A DNA stretch of 63,185 bases, counting the filler, from Octopus bimaculoides (taxonomy: Eukaryota): NCBI RefSeq assembly GCF_001194135.2. It is 10 parts of 8 records of this genome, joined end to end, with 100 filler letters (N's around TTAATTAATTAA, not from the genome) between each part and the next. Parts side by side here need not be neighbours in the genome. Positions count along the whole stretch, not along the records: positions 21,476 to 26,598 come from NC_068987.1; positions 26,699 to 38,571 come from NC_068997.1; 8 more parts are not named here. One strand, written 5' to 3'. Made by a program: the position numbers and the translations under genes. A model generated the notes under the pieces. That model ran no database searches. It was not told the DNA's origin and worked only from the letters and a program-made list of their open reading frames with translations. Shown one piece after another: positions 24,581-38,671 of this stretch; the first letter of the stretch is position 1; every line of letters starts with the position of its first letter.

Positions 24581-26013
24581 TGATTGGCCTTTCTTTTTTT
24601 TTTCGTTCCCTTTTGATCGAACTCCCCCTTTTCCCCTTCCTACGATCCCTTTTGATCGACACCACCCCTTTTTTTTTCTTCCCTCCCCCTCCCAAAAAGA
24701 AAAGCTCTACATTGTATTTGTCCCATCTTCGTTGAGCCCTGTGTGGCTAATAAAAGAAATGTATCTATCTATCTATCCTTCTTTTGCTCTGTAAGAATGA
24801 TTTACTGTACAATAACTGTTGTTGTTGTCCCCAAATCAGTCCTAAACTAGTAGACATATAGCCAAAGGTGTTTCAGCTATGTTCATTCTCTCCCTTTTAT
24901 CTTTTACCAGATATATCTCAGATTTCAATATCGAACATGCCTGGTATTGCATGTTAGTAGGGTTTGACCTAAAGGATATCCCGCTGCTATTTTAACGAGT
25001 CATGTGACTGTGTAAGCTTGCAAAAAACTTCCAATATCAATTTCATATACAGACCTGGATTATAGATGATCAGAACAGCAGATGGTATCGACGTCAGTAC
25101 TGTACTGGGATTTCATTTATCAGTCTCAGAACGATGAAGTGCACAGACAATTTCAGTGGATTTCAAAATCAAAGCATAAACAGTTGCAATTAAATGGCGA
25201 AATCTATCTCTTCTGCGATTCCACCGATCTAATAGTTTCCAATATTAACGAAATTAACGAATTTCTAATAAAAGATCAACAGGTGAAATTTTTTGATACC
25301 AATAAGTGGATCTTCGTCGATTACGACGATGAATATTCAACTGTTGGATTAGCTGAACTAATTGCTCATTGAATTGACGTGAAAGTGACTGAGTATTCCA
25401 TAGACATGTGTAACATTTATGTAATTTTCAGGCAAAATCAGCGTGATAGTGAGTCAGAAGCCTGGACCTATGAAACGGAGGAAGAATCCATCACCTAGGC
25501 TTACGCACAGTTTCCGTTTACTTAATTTTAATTATAAATCTTGGGGCGATCCGAGACTATATGCAAAAGCCTCTCATCCTAGATACCATACAGTGAGATC
25601 GAGCCTGGGTAACTCGTGAAAGAATCATCAAGTAAATATGAACACTAATTATCTTACCGAAGCAGCAAGGTTGATCTAGAAATGATTTGAAACAAGGAGG
25701 CAAACAGCCGCAGCTAAATAGAGCAAAGCATTGAGATCGTCTGCTTTATCATTTCTGCCAACTTACTGTCTTTTGTATATATTTACAGCGTCATATTATT
25801 AATATATTAAGAGACTTTATTAAAAACGTCAGTACATTTAATTGATCGCTAATATAATTTTATCAAGTTTCGGCCATTTTTATAATTTTTCCTCGTGTGC
25901 TATTGTCTGGAGTAGAAAGACTTAATACAATAATATATAGATAGAAAAATAAATATAGATAGTTAAATACATGCGTACACAGATACATATAAACATACAA
26001 CATACATGCATAG

Positions 26014-26046
<33 letters not shown>

Positions 26047-26049
26047 CAT

Positions 26050-26090
<41 letters not shown>

Positions 26091-26563
26091 ATGTACAGAG
26101 AAACTTCCTAACACAAACACGTCATTACTTGGTGCATGCCGGTGTGTGTGTATGTGTGTGTGTGAGAGAGAGAGAGAGAGTGTGCGTGTGTGTGTATGTG
26201 TGTTTGTGTGTATGCGTCTATATAAGTGTGTATAGACACACTCATGAATGTTTGTTTTTCTATACACACACACACACACATATATATATACAAACAAACA
26301 CACATACGCAATATATGGTGAGTTGTTTATGGAGACTATTAGAAAAGCAAAATATACATTGAAAACCGTGAAAAAATGACAATATCCGGTCAGGTAGATT
26401 TTGTTAATAACTTGATTTGTTTAATAATTTGTCTTATATTAAAATATATTTAAGTTTATAATTCTTTAAAACTTACTGATGTGTATATTGATTTATGATA
26501 TAACAACAGGGCAGGACACGCATATACTCACGTTTATATACATAAATACATACATACATATAT

Positions 26564-26598
<35 letters not shown>

Positions 26599-27016
26599 NN
26601 NNNNNNNNNNNNNNNNNNNNNNNNNNNNNNNNNNNNNNNNNNTTAATTAATTAANNNNNNNNNNNNNNNNNNNNNNNNNNNNNNNNNNNNNNNNNNNNAT
26701 ATATATATATATATATATATATATGAAGAATAATACAGTTAGTGGTAACACATTTATTCCTGGGTTTACAGCTGTTTCCAGAACATATAAATAAATAATT
26801 GAACAAGTGGTACACTGAAGAACAGTGATTATGTCATCAATTAGAGTACTGATCAGTATCTTATAAATTTTATTCAATCACTGCTTTTATTCATGTTTAA
26901 CAATTTGTTAAATGATTTATTACCCATGTGTTATTGAAACAGCTGTGTCGCTTGGATCCCCTTTCATTGCAGTAAAGACATACACGCGCGCGCGCGTACA
27001 CACACAAGCATACGCA

Positions 27017-27350
27017 TACACAAGATGCATTCCAGAAGTTTTGAGACTTATTAATTTCATTGAAGTACAAACTCTAATCTCCTTGAGAGCAGGATCCTCT
27101 GACTTCGGTATACTCGCAGCTCTCCAGCAACTTCGTGAATGTTCCGTGGTGATCCTCCAGTTTCTGAGCAGGGTCGTTGGATGGGTACGAAATCCGACCA
27201 ACGGTAACTTATAATATTGCAAAGCCTGATGCTACCAAAAAGAGTTCAGGCGGCTCATAAGGGCTCCGGGCAGTGTTTAAGTCTTGCAGCCATTTAACAA
27301 GACAGGGAGGACAAAAGACTTAACGACTTCAACCTTTGTCCTCCGTGAAA
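27017..27350 (-). mobile_element. Internally deleted mariner, 3' end with TIR remnant
   Basis: LEDHHGTFTKLLESCEYTEVRGSCSQGD* resembles the mariner C-terminus 'EDFHGAFTKWLERY.KC.EV.G.YFEGD*'. A TIR-like ta..gatgcattccagaagttttgagact lies at the left end. Confidence 0.6.
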
Positions 27351-28099
27351 TGTTGTCTCTTTGAGACCCAGTCACAATAGGAAAAATGAAGAAAATACTT
27401 TAAATCGATGAACATATATAAATTATCTATTATCAATACAAAATTTATTTTATTCCTAAATATGCAATACACAAAATCGAGCAGAAAGCATTAATATAGC
27501 TTATAAAGACTTACAGATAATAGTGACAATCAAATACAAATGTTAACATCAAATTAAATAAATATAAGTAAGGCTATGGCAGAGATTTAATAAGATAAAC
27601 TGGAAATGGTACCTTCACTCTCACTACAACTATGGCAATTCAATCGAATGATTTATTGTACCATCATGGATTAAATTCAGCTGATAGAACAATAAAAAAT
27701 GTAAAATAATTAAAAAAAAACGAAATTAAAATGAAATAAAAAACATGTATACACATACACAAGTAAGGCTGTGTGGTCAAGAAACTTGCTTTGAGTTCAG
27801 TTCTATTGTACGGCACTTTGAACAGGTGCCACGGGTTGACCAATGTGTTGTAAGAAAATTTGGTCGACGGAAACTGTGTAGAAGCGCTTCGTATATTTAT
27901 CTTTTTTACTTGTTTCAGTCACTAGACTGCAGTCATTCTGGGACACTGCCTTGTATTTTTAGTCGAATGAATACTTATTTTGTTATGTCAAGCCTGGTAT
28001 TTATTCTGTCTTGCCGAACCGCTAAGTTACGGGGACGTAAACACACCAACACTGGTTGTCAAGCGGTAGTAGGAGGACAAATACAGACGCAATGACACT

Positions 28100-28133
<34 letters not shown>

Positions 28134-29369
28134 NNNNNNNNNNNNNNNNNNNNNNNNNNNNNNNNNNNNNNNNNNNNNNNNNNNNNNNNNNNNNNNNNNN
28201 NNNNNNNNNNNNNNNNNNNNNNNNNNNNNNNNNNNNNNNNNNNNNNNNNNNNNNNNNNNNNNNNNNNNNNNNNNNNNNNNNNNNNNNNNNNNNNNNNNNN
28301 NNNNNNNNNNNNNNNNNNNNNNNNNNNNNNNNNNNNNNNNNNNNNNNNNNNNNNNNNNNNNNNNNNNNNNNNNNNNNNNNNNNNNNNNNNNNNNNNNNNN
28401 NNNNNNNNNNNNNNNNNNNNNNNNNNNNNNNNNNNNNNNNNNNNNNNNNNNNNNNNNNNNNNNNNNNNNNNNNNNNNNNNNNNNNNNNNNNNNNNNNNNN
28501 NNNNNNNNNNNNNNNNNNNNNNNNNNNNNNNNNNNNNNNNNNNNNNNNNNNNNNNNNNNNNNGTACTATACCTTTTCTGTCGTCAAGAACGATAGAGTAG
28601 CAAACAAAATCCATCGATTTATTGAGAAGCTGGTGAAGAATTTTGACCGGGCTTCCAACACGAAAGTCCTAAAAGGGGTGGGGGTTATGACTCGTGTCTT
28701 TTCTCCTCTGATTATACCATAAAAAGAAAGAGAAAAGCAGTAAGACTCGAAACAAGTATCTACCACAGGTATTCGAACGAAGAAGATAAATAAAATATGA
28801 AAGATGTAACAGTTAATTTCGGAGTAAAAATTATTTCCAGGGAAGTCAAGTTTACGAACTGATATTTCTAACACAAATTTGTCAACATGATTTCAAATTT
28901 TGACACATGGCCAGCAACTTTGCGGAAGCGGGTAAGTCGACGGAATTTGAACTCAGAATATGAAGATGGACGAAATGCCGCTAAGCATTTCGCCCGGCCT
29001 GCTAACGGTTCTGCCAGCTCGACACCTTCGAATTTGTTAGTATTAAAAAGCAAAAAGTATGAAGAACAAGAGCGAGAAAGAAAGAAATATAACCAAACCA
29101 AACCCATACTTACACCCACTCCAAGCTGTCTTAAGACACACTATTATTATTAAAGAATTATCATTATTATTATTATCATTATTATTATTATCATTATTAT
29201 TATTAACACCAAAAGAGTGAAGACGGAAGGTGGAAAAGTTGACGAATTTACGTCAGAATGGCTTCTCTGTATTGTCGTCATATATTCTTGGTTTGGTGTT
29301 TTGTCATTGCTGTTGTTGTTGGTCTTGCCTTTGTAAGTTTGTTTTTCTTTATGTTAAGAAATCCTTGTA

Positions 29370-29487
29370 GTTGTTGTTTCTGTTGTTGTTGCTGTTGTTG
29401 TTGTTGTTGTTGTTCTTCTTCTTCTTCTTCTTCTTCTTCTTCTTCTTCTATATTAGTGTTGTTTTGTTGTCGCTGATGTTCTTCTTC

Positions 29488-29526
<39 letters not shown>

Positions 29527-29584
29527 TTCATCATCATCGCCACCCCCATCATCACAGTCACCATCACCACCACCACCGTCGTCG

Positions 29585-29653
<69 letters not shown>

Positions 29654-29805
29654 CTATTACCATCTTCTTCTTCTTCTTCTTCTTCTTCTTCTTCTTCTTC
29701 TTCTTCTTCTCCTCCTCCTCCTCCTCCATCCTCTGCGACTCTACGTTCTTTCTTTTCTTTCCCCTCCTTCTTTCTTCTTTTTCCTTATTATCATCGTTGT
29801 TATAT
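29370..29805. repeat. Compound trinucleotide microsatellite (TTG/TTC/ATC/TCC)
   Basis: Directly visible. A similar mosaic (AGT/AAG/ATG/AAC) lies at ~33770-34240. Confidence 0.95.
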
Positions 29806-31599
29806 NNNNNNNNNNNNNNNNNNNNNNNNNNNNNNNNNNNNNNNNNNNNNNNNNNNNNNNNNNNNNNNNNNNNNNNNNNNNNNNNNNNNNNNNNNNNNNN
29901 NNNNNNNNNNNNNNNNNNNNNNNNNNNNNNNNNNNNNNNNNNNNNNNNNNNNNNNNNNNNNNNNNNNNNNNNNNNNNNNNNNNNNNNNNNNNNNNNNNNN
30001 NNNNNNNNNNNNNNNNNNNNNNNNNNNNNNNNNNNNNNNNNNNNNNNNNNNNNNNNNNNNNNNNNNNNNNNNNNNNNNNNNNNNNNNNNNNNNNNNNNNN
30101 NNNNNNNNNNNNNNNNNNNNNNNNNNNNNNNNNNNNNNNNNNNNNNNNNNNNNNNNNNNNNNNNNNNNNNNNNNNNNNNNNNNNNNNNNNNNNNNNNNNN
30201 NNNNNNNNNNNNNNNNNNNNNNNNNNNNNNNNNNNNNNNNNNNNNNNNNNNNNNNNNNNNNNNNNNNNNNNNNNNNNNNNNNNNNNNNNNNNNNNNNNNN
30301 NNNNNNNNNNNNNNNNNNNNNNNNNNNNNNNNNNNNNNNNNNNNNNNNNNNNNNNNNNNNNNNNNNNNNNNNNNNNNNNNNNNNNNNNNNNNNNNNNNNN
30401 NNNNNNNNNNNNNNNNNNNNNNNNNNNNNNNNNNNNNNNNNNNNNNNNNNNNNNNNNNNNNNNNNNNNNNNNNNNNNNNNNNNNNNNNNNNNNNNNNNNN
30501 NNNNNNNNNNNNNNNNNNNNNNNNNNNNNNNNNNNNNNNNNNNNNNNNNNNNNNNNNNNNNNNNNNNNNNNNNNNNNNNNNNNNNNNNNNNNNNNNNNNN
30601 NNNNNNNNNNNNNNNNNNNNNNNNNNNNNNNNNNNNNNNNNNNNNNNNNNNNNNNNNNNNNNNNNNNNNNNNNNNNNNNNNNNNNNNNNNNNNNNNNNNN
30701 NNNNNNNNNNNNGTAAAAATAGAAAGCTATAGTAGAAGACGCTTGCCCAAGGTGCCACGCAGTGGGACTGAACCCGGAACCATGTGGTTCATAAGCAAGC
30801 TACTTACCACACAGCCACTCCTACGCCTATGTTTTTTTTTTTTTACATAGTAATAATCCTTTCTGCTATAGGCACAAAGCCTGAAATTTGTGGGAGGGTG
30901 TCAATCGATTTCCTCGACCAAAGTGTTTCACTGGTACTTAATTTATCGATCCCGAAAAAAGTGAAAGGCAAAGTTGACCTCAGCGGGATTTGAACTCAGA
31001 ACGTAAAGACGGACGTAATGCCGCTAAGCATTTCGCCCGGTGCACTAACGATTCCGCTAGCTCACCGCCTTGTTTTTTTTTCTTTTATATAGTAATAATA
31101 ATAATAATATGAGTATTTGTATAATACATCTCATTTAAAGTCACTTCTTTATGCAGTTGCAAAGTTACAGTAAGTTATTAACCCATTACCTACCAGTGAT
31201 CTCATATGAGATCACTTAAAAATTACAAATTTCGTAATTATCTGTCAATATTTACACATATCTAACCTTTTTGCTATATCTACTAGGTATATTTCTCTGA
31301 TATTCAAATGAGGTTTGCTAATTTTTCACCCAATATCTTGCTTATTTCTATTTAAAATGTTATTTTGAAATATTATCTTGATCATTCCAGCGTGTTTCTA
31401 AGGCTGTTTTATGCTAGAAATCAAAGTTTCATAAAAAAAATTCCAGTTAATAGAATTATGGGAGGTAATGGGTTAAGATTGAGACTTAAAGAATGACATC
31501 TATCATTACTGAAATACAAAACTTCACATTGGTAGTTCCCCTGCTGCGGTGTTTTGCCACCAAACGAAAAGTGCCGCCTTCAGGATTAAAGGCTTTTGG

Positions 31600-32245
31600 C
31601 TCGTCTTCTACTCATGGCAATTATACCAAAATTGTCCATAAAAAGTAGCACTCAGTCGGTTACGAAGACGAGTGTTCCAGTTAATTCGGTCAACAGAACA
31701 GCTTGCTCGTGGAATCAATGTGCAAGTGGATGACCACTCTACAGACACTCTACAGATCACTCCACAGACAAGTGTACCCTTAACGTAGCTCACAGGGAGA
31801 TTCAACGTGACACAGAGTGTGACAAGGCTGGCTTTTTGGATTCAGGTACTACTGTTTTTGGCACGTTTTCTACTCATTGCAGTTATACCAAAATTGCCCG
31901 GACTGTTGTCTATCTTAAAACTAGACTGTCTGCCATGAAAAGTGGCACTTCGTCGGTTACGACGACGAGGGTTCCAATTTATCAAATCAACGGAAATGGA
32001 TGGATGAGTACTCCACGGACATGTGTACCCATAGCGTAGTTCTCGGAGAGATTTAGTATCACAGAGAGTGACAAAGCTGGCCCTTTGAAATACAAACACG
32101 ACTAATTTTTGCCAGCTGAGCGGACTGGAGTAACGTGAAATAAAGTGTTTTGTCTTGCTCAAGGACACAACACGCCGCCAGGTATCGAACAATTGATATA
32201 ATGAATGTGAGCCGGCTACCCCAACCACTTAGCCACACCTCTTCA
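31600..32245 (-). mobile_element. tRNA-derived SINE family C with a partially duplicated body
   Basis: The tcggttacga(a/c)gacgag...gtgacaa(g/a)gctggc block occurs at ~31655-31830 and ~31955-32080. A tRNA-like head lies at ~32150-32245. Confidence 0.7.
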
Positions 32246-33296
32246 TTGTCGTCTACCATAGAATTCTAGAAAAAAATCTTGCTCAAATCTGCAGATCGGA
32301 AAAACTGGAGAGAAGCCTCCTCGTTTGTTTATTAGGTACAAATTATAAGAGGTAATGACGGTGGTGGTGGTGGTAGTGGTGTGTGTGTTTACGTGTGTGT
32401 GTATTTACGTGTGTGCGTGTTTCTGCGTATGTGAAAAGTAAAAATAAAATAATCGCTGAAATTAAGAGACAAGTAATTTGATGTTTTTGCACCCCATCTC
32501 GTCGCCTCTCTCTCTCTCTCTCTCTTTCACTTCCTCTGTTTCTTACCATTATCAAGATCTCTAAGACGCTGCTACCCTGCAGTGGTTCCACAGAAACTCC
32601 CTTACATCATCAAGTGTGGCCTAAACGCAGAAACGGCTCGCCAGATCAGTAGGTAATTAGCGCGTGCAGAAACTCCACATCGTCAAGCTGAACACAGTTA
32701 ACCCATGCCAATATGGCGACAACCTCCTGCAACTTTTCTGCGGGACAGACGAGCCTTTCGCATTCTCGTTCGTCTCCTGAAACTGTGTTTTACGACCCCC
32801 AAGAAGATCTTTTTTGGGGTTGTNNNNNNNNNNNNNNNNNNNNNNNNNNNNNNNNNNNNNNNNNNNNNNNNNNNNNNNNNNNNNNNNNNNNNNNNNNNNN
32901 NNNNNNNNNNNNNNNNNNNNNNNNNNNNNNNNNNNNNNNNNNNNNNNNNNNNNNNNNNNNNNNNNNNNNNNNNNNNNNNNNNNNNNNNNNNNNNNNNNNN
33001 NNNNNNNNNNNNNNNNNNNNNNNNNNNNNNNNNNNNNNNNNNNNNNNNNNNNNNNNNNNNNNNNNNNNNNNNNNNNNNNNNNNNNNNNNNNNNNNNNNNN
33101 NNNNNNNNNNNNNNNNNNNNNNNNNNNNNNNNNNNNNNNNNNNNNNNNNNNNNNNNNNNNNNNNNNNNNNNNNNNNNNNNNNNNNNNNNNNNNNNNNNNN
33201 NNNNNNNNNNNNNNNNNNNNNNNNNNNNNNNNAATAATTAAAAGCACAATAAATGAGTATAATATAAAGTAAAGTAAATATCATAAGATAAATATA

Positions 33297-33337
<41 letters not shown>

Positions 33338-33433
33338 CGTAATATAGTACATATACACGCGCATACATATATATCTATCCCCATCTCTATTCCCCTCTCT
33401 CTATCTGTATATACGTATATATGTATGTATGTG

Positions 33434-33490
<57 letters not shown>

Positions 33491-33905
33491 GTCTGTCTAT
33501 ATGTATATATTTATAGACATGCGCATATATATACCCACATATGCATACATACATAAATACATACAAACATGCATACAAGCCCCACCCCACACACATATAG
33601 TATATAATATGCACATACACACATACACAAACACACACTCATTCGTTTATACTTTATACTCACATAAACATTTCCTACGAAATTAGACAAACTAAAATTA
33701 TGTCATTTTAGTTTTTCAGTATCAGAATAAAATAATCAGTAGTTTGTGACATAAGCGTATAATATAAATAGAAAGATAAAGGAGGATGAGGAAAGGGAGG
33801 AGGAGGAGTAGGGAGAGAAGAAGAAGTAGTAGTGGTAGTAGTAGGAGTAGATGAAGAAGCAGTAGTGGTAATATAGAAGTAGAAGACGACGACGATGTAG
33901 CAGCT

Positions 33906-33954
<49 letters not shown>

Positions 33955-34243
33955 AAGACGAAGAAGAAGAAAATGATGATGATGAAGATGAAGAAGGTTA
34001 GGGTGATGGAGAAGAAGAAAAGAATATATAGTCTAAAAAGGGGTCTAAGAAGAGAAATGGGAAGTGGAATAATAAAGAAAGAGGAAAAGAAGAGAAGGCA
34101 TGAAAGAATGACAGTGACTTCGAAAGCAAAGTAGAACAAAAAGAATAAAAGAAGCAGAAACAGCACCAACAAAAATAATATGACAGCAACAACAACAAAA
34201 ACATCAGCTGTATCAACACCAGTAACAACAGCAACAACAACTG

Positions 34244-34285
<42 letters not shown>

Positions 34286-34765
34286 TGTGTGTGTTCAATT
34301 AATAGGAAAGAGCTAGGGGAATAATTACAAGATAGCCAGATGTCGCATAAGAGTCCTAGGAATCAGTGATCACATTTGAGTGGGAGTTAATTCCGGGGAG
34401 AAGCCTGACGTATTTAGGCGAACATAGGAAAAATTGAAAATGAAGACAAACTCTCAAGATGTTATTAAATCATTTATATCTTCATATCATCGACATATGT
34501 TTCGATGGNNNNNNNNNNNNNNNNNNNNNNNNNNNNNNNNNNNNNNNNNNNNNNNNNNNNNNNNNNNNNNNNNNNNNNNNNNNNNNNNNNNNNNNNNNNN
34601 NNNNNNNNNNNNNNNNNNNNNNNNNNNNNNNNNNNNNNNNNNNNNNNNNNNNNNNNNNNNNNNNNNNNNNNNNNNNNNNNNNNNNNNNNNNNNNNNNNNN
34701 NNNNNNNNNNNNNNNNNNNNNNNNNNNNNNNNNNNNNNNNNNNNNNNNNNNNNNNNNNNNNNNNN

Positions 34766-34794
<29 letters not shown>

Positions 34795-34830
<36 letters not shown>

Positions 34831-35530
34831 GTCGTCATCATCATCAACTTATCATCATTTAGCGTCCGTTTTCCATGCTGGCACGAGTAAGACGGTTTGA
34901 CTGGAACTAGTAACCCGTAGAGCTGTACCAAGTCCTGGTCTGATTTGGCTCGGTTTCTCCGGTTGGATGCCCTTTCTAACGCCAACCACTCCACAAAGTG
35001 TACTGAGTGACTTCTACGTGTCACCAGCACGGGTTCCTTTGACGTGTCACTGGCACTGGCTACGACGAGGATTTCACATAGCTTGACGTATCTTGGCAAA
35101 TCACCAAAAGCGTCGGTCACTTGTCATCGCTTTCGTGAGACTCACCATCACATTTCACCACCTCTTCCCACGTCTTCCTGGGTCTGCCTCTTCCGCAGGT
35201 TCTCTCCACAGTTAGAGATCGTCACTTCTTTACGCAGCTGTCCTCGTCCATACATATCACATGACCATACTAACACAGTCTTCTCTCTTATACACTACGT
35301 CTGATACTCTTATACCCAATATTTTTCTCAAGACACTTATACTCTGTCGTGCACACTGACATTGCACATCCAGTGGAGCATACTAGCTTCATTTCTTTCA
35401 AGCCTTCACACGTCCTCTGCAATCACAGCCCATGTTTCACTGCCATATAGCATGGCTGTTCGTACACAGGCAACATATAATCTGCCTTTAATTCCGAGGA
35501 AGGGGCCCTTTATTACCAACAAAAGAGTTG
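34795..35530 (-). mobile_element. 5'-truncated RTE-clade LINE: end of ORF2, 3' UTR and (ATG)n tail
   Basis: Frameshifted translation resembles 'GRLY.ACVRTAMLYGSETWAVTAEDV.RLERNEASMLHWMCNV...RRLC.YGHV..MDEDSCVKK..SLTVERTCGRGRPRKTWEEVV'. It is followed by a UTR and the aaaacggacgctaaatgatga(ATG)n terminus. Confidence 0.87.
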
Positions 35531-35957
35531 AGTGGCACATGCACTTAAAAAAGGATGTTTAACTTGCTTACACAATTTCATTTGGACTTGTCGCTGGTCA
35601 CACACCATGGCATCAAATTGAGACTAGCATATCGACGAACAAAACTGAACAATGTTTTTCTCTCAAATGTACAATTTGACAAAGGTTTGGCTGCTATCTC
35701 TAGCATATCGCGGAATGTCATCTGACGGAGAATTGACTGCTATTTCTAGCATGCTGAGTGACCACGTTGAGCCTTCATTTTTAGATATTCCTACTCTGCT
35801 GCGTGTTGTAATGTGTGTCTTAACAGTAGACTGGTGGGAACATATTTAATTTCATAAATTAAGATAACATCTTTAACCAGAAAATCCTATCTCCCAGTTC
35901 ACATTGAAATACATAAATTCAATTCTGGGTCTATTGTCTATTGTTGTGTTGTCTCTG

Positions 35958-36074
<117 letters not shown>

Positions 36075-36609
36075 TGTTCATATATACACGTACACGCACG
36101 CACACAATTCAAATACACACACACCACACAAACGCACAAGTAGAAATACACGAATTTGTACAAATAACCCCACAGAATTTTCTTATATGTAAGTATAGTG
36201 AAAGCAAATCTGGGTGAGCGCGTGTGTGTATGTGTGTGCATACACGCGCGCGCACACGCGCACACGTACACACAACACACATACACACATATATCTTTTA
36301 TCTTTTACTTGATTCGGTCATTAGACTGTTTGTCCACCACCACCACACCACCACCATCAGTCAACCGGTGGTGGTGGGGGTTTGGGGCAAACACACACAC
36401 ACATACACACACACGGCGTGCTTCCTTCAGTTTTCGTCTACTAGATCCACTCACAAAGCTTTGGTCGACCCGAGGCGATAGTAGAAAACACTTGCCCAAG
36501 GTGCCACGCAATGGGACTGAACCCGGAACCATGTGGTTGGGAAGTACGCTTCTTGTCACACATTTAACACCACTTCTCCATCTTTAATCGTTTGTTGAGT
36601 TTCTATAGG

Positions 36610-36659
<50 letters not shown>

Positions 36660-37371
36660 CCTTTGGATATACTTAATACATATAACGGAGTTTATTCTTT
36701 TATATGAAGCAGACACTTCACTCTCGTTTCGTCAATACTCTGAGATTTCCGTTTGAAATATTTGATTTTCCGTTTCTTGTGAAGAACGGAAAAGCGAAGG
36801 GAGAAAATAACGGAATTACAACCTATTTTGGAAAAAACGTTAGATCTAACTAGCCCTACTTACTATCCCTACCTTTCTAAAATTCAAATACTTATTCAAA
36901 TCCCCAATCCATAAATTTCATTAACCACCTCCACTCGATGTTTCGTTCATGACCTTTTCCGTATAGCGAGCTACATTGCTACAAAGAAGGTCGAATTGCC
37001 GCTGATGAAGTATAATCTGTTTTACTCTAAGCACAAGGCCCGAAATTTGGTGGGAAGGGGGAAGTCGATTAGATCGACCCCATTACATAACTGGTACTTA
37101 ATTTATCGACGCCAAAAGGACGAAAGGCGAAGTCGACCTCGGCGGAATTTGATCTCAAAACGTAGCGACATACGAAATACCATTTCATGACTGTATTTCA
37201 TTCAGCCATATCCGATGATTGCTGAATCTGCACCTCAATTTCCGACATGAAACCAGCTGCTAACAGTATAAACTGGTCGTCATAAGACTATAAGAGATCA
37301 TAAAAATATACCCAATCTATTACCTTAATATATGAGTCCCTGTTTTTGCTGGCTCATGAAAAATTAGACAG

Positions 37372-37416
<45 letters not shown>

Positions 37417-38119
37417 NNNNNNNNNNNNNNNNNNNNNNNNNNNNNNNNNNNNNNNNNNNNNNNNNNNNNNNNNNNNNNNNNNNNNNNNNNNNNNNNNNNN
37501 NNNNNNNNNNNNNNNNNNNNNNNNNNNNNNNNNNNNNNNNNNNNNNNNNNNNNNNNNNNNNNNNNNNNNNNNNNNNNNNNNNNNNNNNNNNNNNNNNNNN
37601 NNNNNNNNNNNNNNNNNNNNNNNNNNNNNNNNNNNNNNNNNNNNNNNNNNNNNNNNNNNNNNNNNNNNNNNNNNNNNNNNNNNNNNNNNNNNNNNNNNNN
37701 NNNNNNNNNNNNNNNNNNNNNNNNNNNNNNNNNNNNNNNNNNNNNNNNNNNNNNNNNNNNNNNNNNNNNNNNNNNNNNNNNNNNNNNNNNNNNNNNNNNN
37801 NNNNNNNNNNNNNNNNNNNNNNNNNNNNNNNNNNNNNNNNNNNNNNNNNNNNNNNNNNNNNNNNNNNNNNNNNNNNNNNNNNNNNNNNNNNNNNNNNNNN
37901 NNNNNNNNNNNNNNNNNNTATATATGTATGTATATTATTGTCTGGGATTTGTAAGTTGTGCAAATGGTTGGTTTCATCAGACTGATGTCTGATGAATCTT
38001 CGATGTCATTGTCAATACAATTATTAAAGAATTTCTGATTCTGCTCTTGTAGCGTGATATTTTTGTCAGTTAAAATTAATAGTTGTTATGTTTATAAAAC
38101 ACCCTTTAACTATAACACG

Positions 38120-38152
<33 letters not shown>

Positions 38153-38671
38153 TTTATGTGTGCGTATGATTTGCTTGTGTGTATTGATGTGTGTATGTAA
38201 AGAGTTGATATTTTAATGTATTTACATTTGTAGACGTTGGCGAAAAATGAAACAAGAAAAATTGAAATAATAATAATAATAATGATAATAATAATGATGA
38301 TGATAATAATAATGATAATAATGATAATAATAAATTAATAAAAAATAAAACTGAGTAAATAAATAAATGATTTTCCTTCAATAATTAACTGCAACAGAAC
38401 AGTCCATCGACTTTACCTAGAAAAAAAAAATGCTTAAAAGCAACAACAACAACAATGATAACAACAAGAACAACAATAACAACAACACTATCGACAGCAA
38501 TATCAACATCAAAAAAGAGTAAGAAACAGACAGTAGCATCACCATTGTCATAACCACCACCACCACTACCCNNNNNNNNNNNNNNNNNNNNNNNNNNNNN
38601 NNNNNNNNNNNNNNNTTAATTAATTAANNNNNNNNNNNNNNNNNNNNNNNNNNNNNNNNNNNNNNNNNNNN

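Noticed and set aside
29371-29805. Homopolymeric Ile/Phe/Met/Lys ORFs and the many HT/CV/YI-repeat ORFs
   Set aside because: They are translations of simple sequence repeats.
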